Below, in pieces: positions 17,277 to 24,000 of a stretch of DNA of 24,000 bases. Numbering within the stretch: the first letter of the stretch is position 1; every line of letters begins with the position of its first letter. Source of the DNA: Pantoea latae (lineage in GTDB: Bacteria > Pseudomonadota > Gammaproteobacteria > Enterobacterales > Enterobacteriaceae); assembly GCF_002077695.1 (NCBI RefSeq), contig NZ_MWUE01000005.1:39265-63264 (forward strand), in the 5' to 3' direction. Both the position numbers and the translations under genes were made by a program. The notes under the pieces were generated by a model. The model ran no database searches, had not been told where the DNA came from, and saw only the letters and a list, made by a program, of their open reading frames with translations.

Positions 17277-19559
17277 TTACGCGCGCCGCGCGCGCAGCAG
17301 ACGCAGCGCGTTAGCGGTCACCAGCGCGGTGGCGCCGGAGTCGGCGACCACCGCCAGCCACAGGCCGGTCAGGCCCAGCAGCGTCGTCACCAGAAACAGC
17401 GCCTTCAGTCCGAGCGCGATGGCGATATTCTGCCGCAGCGTGGCGCGCGTGCGCCGCGCCAGCGCCACCAGCGACGGCAGCAGCGGCAACGCGTCACGCG
17501 TCAGCGCGGCGTCGGCGCTCTCCAGCGCGATATCGCTGCCGCTGCCCATCGCGATGCCGATGGTGGCCGCCTTCATCGCGGGCGCGTCGTTGATGCCGTC
17601 GCCGACCATCGCCAGCGGGCGCTGCTGGCCCAGCGCGCGCACCGCTTCGACCTTATCCGCAGGCAGCAGCCCGGCGCGAAACTCGATATCGAGTTCGCGG
17701 GCGATCGCGGCCGCCGCGCGCGGGTTGTCGCCGGTGAGCATCAGGCTCTCAATGCCCATTTTCTTTAGCGCCGCCAGCGCGTCACGCGCGTCGGCGCGCA
17801 GGTTGTCGCGCAGCGCCAGCGCCCCGATCGGTTCGCCGTCGCGCAGGATCGCCACCAGCGTTTGCCCCTGCTCTTCCTGCTGCGCAATCTGCGCGCGCTG
17901 CGCGGCGCTTAACGCCCCGGCGCGGCCAGGCGACAGCAGTTCCACCTGTGCGCCCGCGATCCGCGCGGCGATGCCGCTGCCCGCCAGCGTCAGCTGATGC
18001 GTGGCGGCGGGCAGCGGCAGCTGACGTGCGCTGGCGGCCGCGACGATCGCCGTCGCCAGCGGATGGGTCGAACCCTGTTCCACCGCCGCCGCCAGCGCCA
18101 GTAGCTCATCCTGCGACGCGGTGGCGAAACAGAGCACGGCGGTGACCTGCGGCTTGCCCTGCGTCAGGGTGCCGGTTTTGTCGAAGGCGACGGCGCGCAC
18201 CTGGCTAAGGCGTTCCAGCGCCGCGCCGCCTTTAATCAGCGCGCCCTGACGTGCGGCGGCGGCGAGACCAGAGGTAATGGCAGCGGGCGTGGCGATCACC
18301 AGCGCGCAGGGACAGCCGATCAGCAGCAGCGTCAGCCCTTTATAGATCCACGGCAGCCAGCCGCCAAAACCGAGCAGCGGCGGCGCCACCATCACCAGCG
18401 CCGCCAGTAGCATAATCAGCGGCGTATAGAGACGGCTGAAGCGATCAATAAAGCGCTCTACCGGCGCGCGGTGGCTGTCCGCCTCTTCAATCAGGGTCAG
18501 AATACGGTCGATGGCGCTTTCGCCCGGCTTTGAGGTCACCTCAATGCGCACCAGGCGATCGACGCTGGCGGCGCCCGCCAGCAGCGCCTCGCCTTTTTCA
18601 CGCGTTACCGGCAGCGACTCGCCGGTCAGCGCGCTTTCATCGAAGCTCGCTTCGTCGTTCAGCAGGCGGCCATCCACCGGCAGGCGTCCGCCCGCGGCGA
18701 CTTCGATGAGGTCGCCGGGCCGCAAGGCCGCCAGCGCCACGCTTTCCCGTTTGTCGCCCGCTATCCGCGTGGCGCTTTCCGGGCGCAGCGCCATCAGCTG
18801 CGTCACGCCGCTGCGCGCGCGGGCGGCGGCGAAGGCCTCGAGCCGCTCGCCCAGCAAGAACAGCAGCAGCACCATTGCCGCTTCGGCATGGGCACCGATC
18901 AGCAGCGCGCCCGCCGCAGCGACGCTCATTAACATTTCAATGGTGAAAGGCGATCCGCTGCGCGCGCGTTGCCATGCGCTGCGCGCCACCGGCCACAGGC
19001 CGATCAGCGTGGTAGCGATAAACAGGCCGTCGCCCCAGCGCGGCATAAACTGGCTCAGGATCACGCTGACCAGCATCAAAAAAGCGAGCAGCAGCAGCGT
19101 GCGGTTTTCACGCCAGCGAGAGGGCGGGGCGGCTGGCGCGGCGTCGCTGACCAGGGAAAAACCGGCGCGCGTGACCGCCTGTTCAACCGCGGCGGCGACG
19201 TCGGCGCTGGCGTCGACCTGCAGTTTTTCGCTGGCGAAGATCACACGGGCGTGCAGCACCTGTGGCAGCTGGCTGACGGCGGTTTCTACGGTGCGGGCGC
19301 AGCTGGGGCAGTCCATGCCGCTGACGCGCCAGCTAAAGCGCCAGGCGCCGCGCCTGTCGCCTTCGTCGTCATCGCCGCCACCGCTGTCGGGGCTGGCGTC
19401 GGCCGCGCAGCATCCGCCGCCGCAGTCAGGCTGAACGGGCGAGGCGGCGCGAATAGTGAAACCCGAGGACGACGCGGCAGGCACGGCGCAGAGCGGTTTG
19501 GCGGCGGAAGGGGTATGGCATGCGCGGCCGCAGCCGCAGGGGTGATGATGTGAGTGCAT
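17277..19559 (-). CDS. zntA: Zn(II)/Cd(II)/Pb(II)-translocating P1B-type ATPase ZntA
   Basis: The 760-aa product carries GMDCPSC (metal-binding domain), the CPC transmembrane motif (IGCPCALVIATP), DKTGTLT, HP (STHPLA) and GDGINDAP. A GGAGG RBS lies 5 nt upstream. The gene is preceded by a ZntR-type operator. Confidence 0.95.
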   Translation of the reverse strand: MHSHHHPCGCGRACHTPSAAKPLCAVPAASSSGFTIRAASPVQPDCGGGCCAADASPDSGGGDDDEGDRRGAWRFSWRVSGMDCPSCARTVETAVSQLPQVLHARVIFASEKLQVDASADVAAAVEQAVTRAGFSLVSDAAPAAPPSRWRENRTLLLLAFLMLVSVILSQFMPRWGDGLFIATTLIGLWPVARSAWQRARSGSPFTIEMLMSVAAAGALLIGAHAEAAMVLLLFLLGERLEAFAAARARSGVTQLMALRPESATRIAGDKRESVALAALRPGDLIEVAAGGRLPVDGRLLNDEASFDESALTGESLPVTREKGEALLAGAASVDRLVRIEVTSKPGESAIDRILTLIEEADSHRAPVERFIDRFSRLYTPLIMLLAALVMVAPPLLGFGGWLPWIYKGLTLLLIGCPCALVIATPAAITSGLAAAARQGALIKGGAALERLSQVRAVAFDKTGTLTQGKPQVTAVLCFATASQDELLALAAAVEQGSTHPLATAIVAAASARQLPLPAATHQLTLAGSGIAARIAGAQVELLSPGRAGALSAAQRAQIAQQEEQGQTLVAILRDGEPIGALALRDNLRADARDALAALKKMGIESLMLTGDNPRAAAAIARELDIEFRAGLLPADKVEAVRALGQQRPLAMVGDGINDAPAMKAATIGIAMGSGSDIALESADAALTRDALPLLPSLVALARRTRATLRQNIAIALGLKALFLVTTLLGLTGLWLAVVADSGATALVTANALRLLRARRA

Positions 19560-19601
19560 ATAAACCTCCAGTAACGGACGGGCGATCCCGCCCGCTACTG
19601 C

Positions 19602-19633
19602 ATCCTACACTCTGGAGTCGACTCCAGAGTCAA
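19602..19633 (-). promoter_or_regulatory. zntA promoter with ZntR (MerR-family) operator
   Basis: The minus strand reads TTGACT (19633-19628), a 20-bp spacer, then TAGGAT (19607-19602). The spacer contains most of the perfect 22-bp palindrome ACTCTGGAGT-CG-ACTCCAGAGT (19609-19630), matching the E. coli PzntA operator as I recall it. Confidence 0.85.
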
Positions 19634-19645
19634 GAACGGTTTGCC

Positions 19646-20275
19646 TCAGATGAGCCACAGCGAACGGACAATCATAAAGTGCCCGGCGAAGTAGCAGGCG
19701 GCGACGATAGCGCTGTCGGCGCGGAAGCGACGGCGATAGTGGCTGACGAACCAGACGATATTTGCCAGCAGCAGCAGGCTCGCGCCGACGATCAGCGTGA
19801 AGCTGTCGTCGCTGGGACGGAAGAAGTATTGCTCGGCGGCCATCCAGGTCATGACCAGCGTCATGCCGATCAGCGTGCAGATCGGCCAGCGCAGCGTCTC
19901 CAGCCGACTCCAGATCACCGCGATGGTGGCCACGCCGATAATCAGCAGCGTTAGCGGGATCGGCCAGTAGAACGTCATCGTCATATTGGCGGCGAAGCAG
20001 AGGGTGTAAAGCAGATGAGAGAGGAAGAAGGCGCCCAGCGCATAGAGCATCTGCTGGCGCGGCAACAGCAGCAGCGCGTCGCCGATCAGCGTCGCCACCA
20101 GGCCGGCGATAATCAGGTAGTCGGTGGGTTTGAGTACCGGCGCCTGCCAGGCCCAGCCTACCATCAGCAGCAGCGTAACCGGCTTAAAGAGCCAGCGCTG
20201 CCACTGCGGGCCGCGATAGGATGCGTCAACGTAGAGCCAACCGGAGAAAAGTACCGCAAGAAATGACCAAAGCAT
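19646..20275 (-). CDS. yhhN: YhhN-family membrane protein (lysoplasmalogenase/TMEM86-like)
   Basis: The 209-aa product begins [32 protein letters not shown] and ends [29 protein letters not shown], closely matching recalled E. coli YhhN. An AAGGGAG RBS is present. Confidence 0.9.
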   Translation of the reverse strand: MLWSFLAVLFSGWLYVDASYRGPQWQRWLFKPVTLLLMVGWAWQAPVLKPTDYLIIAGLVATLIGDALLLLPRQQMLYALGAFFLSHLLYTLCFAANMTMTFYWPIPLTLLIIGVATIAVIWSRLETLRWPICTLIGMTLVMTWMAAEQYFFRPSDDSFTLIVGASLLLLANIVWFVSHYRRRFRADSAIVAACYFAGHFMIVRSLWLI

Positions 20276-20432
20276 TGCTGCTCCCTTAAGGACAACCTGT
20301 CCATCAGATGGTGAAGAATCCCAGTAAGTCGATCCTAGTTTAGGTTACGGCTTCGCGATGTGACAATCAGGCAACTCTGGTTGTATGCTTCTTGCGCATT
20401 GCTTTTTAGCGCTTAACGAGACGAGAAAAACC

Positions 20433-20789
20433 ATGAGCAAACCACCGCTACTCTTTTTTATCGTGCTGGCGATTATCGCCGTGCTGGCGACCCGTCAGTT
20501 TATCAAACAGCGGCGTGAAACGGCGGTTAACGACGCCTCGCCGGTGCGCACGCTGATGGTGAAAGTGAAAACCAAACGGGAATATCCGTCGCCGAATCGG
20601 CGTTCGCGCCAGCGCGAGGTGATCGCCGGCGAAGAGATGCGCTATGAGGCCTGGTTTCATCCGCTGAACGGCGCCAGCGACATCAAAGCGATTGTGGGCG
20701 AGCGTGATTACAACCAGATGGATACCGGCGCGCAGGGCGAGCTGAAAATGCAGGGCTCGCGCTTTGTCAGCTTTACGCCGGCGCAGTAA
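20433..20789 (+). CDS. yhhM: DUF2500-family membrane-anchored protein YhhM
   Basis: The product is 118 aa from ATG 20433 (MSKPPLLFFIVLAIIAVLATRQF...), with a single N-terminal TM helix. Its position and orientation match E. coli yhhM, between yhhN and yhhL. The track start 20385 is an unlikely extension. Confidence 0.8.
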   Translation: MSKPPLLFFIVLAIIAVLATRQFIKQRRETAVNDASPVRTLMVKVKTKREYPSPNRRSRQREVIAGEEMRYEAWFHPLNGASDIKAIVGERDYNQMDTGAQGELKMQGSRFVSFTPAQ

Positions 20790-20828
20790 AAAGCGGGCTG
20801 TTCAGCCCGCCGCGTTTACTTCTTCTTT
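20786..20828. terminator. Shared terminator between convergent yhhM and yhhL
   Basis: Stem GCGGGC (20793-20798) pairs with GCCCGC (20805-20810) around a 6-nt loop. An A-run precedes it on the + strand, giving TTTTTAC after the hairpin for yhhL on the minus strand. CGCGTTTACTTCTTCTTT follows it on the + strand. Confidence 0.5.
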
Positions 20829-21088
20829 GGAAAATTGGCTTTCTGCCACGCCAGCAGTTCAAACACGCCGAACAGAAAGATTTTGGTCTGCGTCCAGCGA
20901 TCGATTGGCGGCGCGTCTTTCGGCTGGGTGGCGCGCAGCAGCGTCAGCTGCAGCCCGTGCATCAGGATCATAAAGAACAGCGCGACGTGGATAAAATAGC
21001 GCAGCGGTTTCGGGTAGGGATCAACCAGGTTAAAAAGTAAAAAGGCCCAGACGCAGAGCATCAGCAGGCGACCTAAATTAAGCAACAT
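20816..21088 (-). CDS. yhhL: Small inner-membrane protein YhhL (DUF1145)
   Basis: The product is 90 aa from ATG 21088 (MLLNLGRLLMLCVWAFLLFNLV...FLFGVFELLAWQK), colinear with recalled E. coli YhhL. An AAGAGAG RBS is present. The start overlaps the rsmD stop by 11 nt. Confidence 0.85.
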   Translation of the reverse strand: MLLNLGRLLMLCVWAFLLFNLVDPYPKPLRYFIHVALFFMILMHGLQLTLLRATQPKDAPPIDRWTQTKIFLFGVFELLAWQKANFPKKK

Positions 21089-21677
21089 CGGCACTCTCTT
21101 GTTGTCGGTGATATAAACGGTACGCCACTTGTCCGGCGATCTTCTCGCGATGCAGCGCCCAGTTGGCGGGCACCGGCGGCGCGCCGTGCTCTACTTCGCT
21201 CTCTACATAAATCATCGCCTCATCCGCCAGCCAGCCGTTTTGCTCCAGCTGCTGCAGCGTCTGCTCCAGCAGCCCTTTGCGAAACGGCGGATCGACGAAT
21301 ACCACATCGTAAGGCTCGCCGGCGGCGGCCAGCCAGTTAAGGGTATTGGCGTTAATCACCTGCGCGTCGCGCGTGCCCAGGGTGTGGAGATTTTTCTCAA
21401 GCTGCTGCGCCACCGGCCGTTCCAGCTCCAGCAGCGTCACCGACGCGGCATGGCGCGACAGCGCCTCCAGCCCGAGCGCGCCGCTGCCGGCGAAACAGTC
21501 GAGGCAGCGCGCCTGCGGCAACACGGGCGCCAGCCAGTTAAACAGGGTTTCACGCACGCGATCGGTGGTGGGACGCAGTCCGGCGCTGTCGGGCACCGGC
21601 AGTTTGCGTCCGCGCCACCGGCCGCCGATGATGCGAATTTGTCCGGCACCGCCTGTGCCACGGGGAGTTTTACTCAT
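21078..21677 (-). CDS. rsmD: 16S rRNA (guanine966-N2)-methyltransferase RsmD
   Basis: The product is 199 aa from ATG 21677. GQIRIIGGRWRGRKLPVPDSAGLRPTTDRVRETLFNWL, DCFAGSGALGLEALSR and VFVDPPF (SAM-MTase motifs) are near-identical to E. coli RsmD (YhhF). A GTG at 21686 is an alternative start. Confidence 0.93.
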   Translation of the reverse strand: MSKTPRGTGGAGQIRIIGGRWRGRKLPVPDSAGLRPTTDRVRETLFNWLAPVLPQARCLDCFAGSGALGLEALSRHAASVTLLELERPVAQQLEKNLHTLGTRDAQVINANTLNWLAAAGEPYDVVFVDPPFRKGLLEQTLQQLEQNGWLADEAMIYVESEVEHGAPPVPANWALHREKIAGQVAYRLYHRQQESADVA

Positions 21678-21912
21678 CTTGCTCACAACTCGTCATAATT
21701 TGTTGCGTAGTTTAACGGGCGAATCGGTGAGAAGAAACGGTAAAAAAGGGTGCTGTGGTGCGCTGGCTGGAAAGTGTTAGACTAGTGAGTTGCTGAAGTC
21801 ATACATAATTCTGCCGTTTTTCGCCGTTTTGGCGCGTAAAACCAGAGCTAATTTTTATCCCCTGGGAACAGCGAGCGACCGGGATTAAGCCATCGAGGAG
21901 TGTGGTCACACA

Positions 21913-23430
21913 ATGGCAAAAGAGAAAAAACGTGGCTTTTTTTCCTGGCTGGGATTTGGCAAAGAAGAAGAGAAGCAACAGCCTGAACAGCAGCCGGAAG
22001 AGGCTGCGCTAGCGCAGGCGGAAAGCGACGCGGCGCATACCGTCGAGGTGACTGAGCAGGTTGCCGAGGCGCAGCGCGAAGCGCACGCTGCGGACGAGCC
22101 CGCCGCGGAAGCGCACAGCGAAGAAGCGTACGTCGAAGAAGCGCATATCGAAGAAGCGACAGTCACGGACCAGCCCGTTGCGGAAGCGCCCGCTGTCGTG
22201 GAGCCGGAAGCGGAAGCGATCATCCGGCAGGAGCATGACGCAGAGATTATCGCGCCGTTAGAGGAGATCGTCCCGGAAGAGGAGCCGACGCTGGCACCGC
22301 AGCCGGTTGAAGAAGAGATCCTCCCCGAGACGCTGCCGGAAGAGGAGCAGCCGCTGGACGACGAGGAGCTGGCCGCGCTGGCGCTGGCGGAAGCGCCGCA
22401 GGACGACACCGCGCAAGCCATCGCCGCGGAAGACGAACCGCAGGACACCGTCAGCGATCTGCCGCTCGCCGCCGCGCCCATCGTTAGCCAGGAGCAGGAA
22501 CGCCCCACCAAAGAGGGCTTTTTCGCGCGCCTGAAGCGCAGCCTGGTGAAAACTCGCCAGAACCTCGGCTCTGGTTTTATCAGCCTGTTTCGCGGCAAGA
22601 AAATCGACGACGATCTGTTTGAAGAGCTGGAAGAGCAGCTGCTGATCGCCGACGTTGGCGTCGAGACAACGCGCCGCATCATTACCAATCTGACGCAGCA
22701 GGCGAACCGCAAGCAGCTGCGCGACGCGGAAGCGCTCTACGGCCTGCTGAAGGCGGAAATGTCCGGCATTCTGGCGAAAGTGGACGCGCCGCTCGACGTC
22801 AGCGGCAAAACGCCGTTCGTCATTCTGATGGTCGGCGTTAACGGCGTCGGCAAAACCACCACCATCGGCAAGCTGGCGCGTCAGTATCAGGCGCAGGGCA
22901 AATCGGTGATGCTGGCGGCGGGCGATACCTTCCGCGCGGCGGCCGTTGAGCAGCTGCAGGTGTGGGGCGAACGCAACCATATCCCGGTGGTGGCGCAGCA
23001 TACCGGCGCGGATTCCGCCTCGGTGATTTTCGACGCCATCCAGGCGGCGAAGGCGCGCGGCGTTGACGTGCTGATCGCCGATACCGCTGGCCGTCTGCAG
23101 AACAAATCGCACCTGATGGAAGAGCTGAAGAAAATCACCCGCGTGATGAAAAAGCTGGACGTAGAGGCGCCGCATGAGGTGATGCTTACCCTCGACGCCA
23201 GCACCGGCCAGAACGCCATCAGCCAGGCGAAACTCTTCCACGAAGCGGTCGGTCTGACCGGCATTACCCTGACCAAGCTGGACGGCACGGCGAAAGGCGG
23301 CGTGATCTTCTCGGTGGCCGATCAGTTCGGCATCCCGATCCGCTACATCGGCGTCGGCGAAGGCATTGAAGATTTACGGCCCTTTAAGGCCGAGGATTTT
23401 ATTGAGGCACTGTTTGCCCGAGAGGACTAA
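21913..23430 (+). CDS. ftsY: Signal recognition particle receptor FtsY
   Basis: The 505-aa product starts MAKEKKRGFFSWLGFG (membrane-targeting sequence). It has a long acidic A domain, then an NG domain with GVNGVGKTTTIGKLA, DTAGR and TKLDGTAKGG. Confidence 0.97.
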   Translation: MAKEKKRGFFSWLGFGKEEEKQQPEQQPEEAALAQAESDAAHTVEVTEQVAEAQREAHAADEPAAEAHSEEAYVEEAHIEEATVTDQPVAEAPAVVEPEAEAIIRQEHDAEIIAPLEEIVPEEEPTLAPQPVEEEILPETLPEEEQPLDDEELAALALAEAPQDDTAQAIAAEDEPQDTVSDLPLAAAPIVSQEQERPTKEGFFARLKRSLVKTRQNLGSGFISLFRGKKIDDDLFEELEEQLLIADVGVETTRRIITNLTQQANRKQLRDAEALYGLLKAEMSGILAKVDAPLDVSGKTPFVILMVGVNGVGKTTTIGKLARQYQAQGKSVMLAAGDTFRAAAVEQLQVWGERNHIPVVAQHTGADSASVIFDAIQAAKARGVDVLIADTAGRLQNKSHLMEELKKITRVMKKLDVEAPHEVMLTLDASTGQNAISQAKLFHEAVGLTGITLTKLDGTAKGGVIFSVADQFGIPIRYIGVGEGIEDLRPFKAEDFIEALFARED

Positions 23431-23435
23431 TTGGG

Positions 23436-24000
23436 ATGATTCGCTTTGAAGAGGTCAGTAAGGCATATCTCGGCGGGCGCCAGGCGCTGCAGGGGGTCGA
23501 TTTTCATCTGCGCCCTGGCGAAATGGCGTTTCTTACCGGCCACTCCGGCGCCGGTAAAAGTACGCTGCTGAAGCTGATTTGTGGCATTGAACGTCCGAGC
23601 GCGGGCCATATCTGGTTCAGCGGGCACGACATTTCCCGGTTGCGCAACAGCGAGGTGCCGTTTCTGCGTCGTCAGATCGGCATGATCTTTCAGGATCACC
23701 ACCTGCTGATGGATCGGTCGGTCTACGACAACGTGGCGATCCCGCTGATTATCTCCGGCGCCAGCGGCGAAGATATTCGCCGTCGCGTGTCGGCGGCGCT
23801 GGATAAGGTCGGCCTGCTCGACAAGGCGAAAAATTTTCCGATTCAGCTCTCCGGCGGCGAACAGCAGCGCGTCGGCATTGCGCGCGCCGTGGTAAATAAG
23901 CCCGCCGTGCTGCTGGCGGACGAACCGACCGGCAACCTGGATGACGCGCTGTCGGAAGATATTCTGCGCCTGTTCGAAGAGTTCAACCGCGTTGGCGTCA
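23436..24000 (+). CDS. ftsE: Cell-division ABC transporter ATP-binding protein FtsE (5' part; runs off the window)
   Basis: ATG 23436 lies 5 nt after the ftsY stop. The translation MIRFEEVSKAYLGGRQALQGVDFHLRPGEMAFLTGHSGAGKSTLLKL contains the Walker A motif. LSGGEQQRVGIARA and LLADEPTGNLD are the ABC signature and Walker B. Confidence 0.95.
   Translation, partial: MIRFEEVSKAYLGGRQALQGVDFHLRPGEMAFLTGHSGAGKSTLLKLICGIERPSAGHIWFSGHDISRLRNSEVPFLRRQIGMIFQDHHLLMDRSVYDNVAIPLIISGASGEDIRRRVSAALDKVGLLDKAKNFPIQLSGGEQQRVGIARAVVNKPAVLLADEPTGNLDDALSEDILRLFEEFNRVGV

Noticed and set aside
17265-17300. A GC-alternating tract (CGCGCGCC...GCGCGCGC) in the 12-nt gap and 3' ends of convergent tusA and zntA, as a possible terminator or Z-DNA-prone element.
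   Set aside because: There is no defined stem-loop with a U-run. Most of the tract is zntA coding sequence (C-terminal RARRA), and the composition reflects Arg/Ala codons.
21906-22712. A 268-aa Ser/Ala/Cys-rich minus-strand ORF spanning the ftsY 5' region. I also considered the repetitive acidic FtsY A domain (EEAYVEEAHIEEATV...) as a possible repeat feature.
   Set aside because: The minus-strand ORF mirrors the GAA/GAG/GCG-rich codons of the FtsY acidic domain. The acidic low-complexity A domain is a normal, length-variable feature of enterobacterial FtsY, not a separate element.

Overview
The window is an enterobacterial chromosome segment, high-GC and Klebsiella/Enterobacter-like, in two parts. 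No species call is possible from sequence alone.

Positions 15475-24000 are conserved backbone. Its gene order matches the E. coli K-12 order I recall: dcrB, yhhQ, tusA, zntA, yhhN, yhhM, yhhL, rsmD, ftsY, ftsE. The zntA promoter is a textbook ZntR/MerR-type promoter.

Positions 1-15474 are accessory DNA with three components:
- A lower-GC chaperone-usher fimbrial operon (major subunit, chaperone, truncated usher) sits behind a roughly 450-bp AT-rich control region.
- A complete myo-inositol catabolic cluster is split into divergent and convergent units: an iolI-like gene, iolA-iolB, iolR, iolD-iolG-iolE, and a fused iolC/DUF2090 gene. No inositol transporter is present in the window.
- A low-GC HicA/HicB-like toxin-antitoxin pair lies between iolB and iolR. 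Its promoter is bracketed by four TGACGTCA palindromes.

The iol intergenic regions share AT-rich motifs that are candidate IolR operators: an exact 15-mer present twice, the 8-mer TTTCATTT at least five times, a GGAA-N6-TTCC palindrome, and a perfect 12-bp inverted repeat. A 111-bp GC-rich element with 21-bp inverted termini lies where the accessory block meets the backbone.

I found no rRNA, tRNA, CRISPR array, transposase or integrase. I also see no convincing wholly novel multi-gene system. The most unusual items are the embedded toxin-antitoxin module with its operator array and the palindromic boundary element. Gene identities rest on my reading of the translations and recalled homologues, not on database searches.
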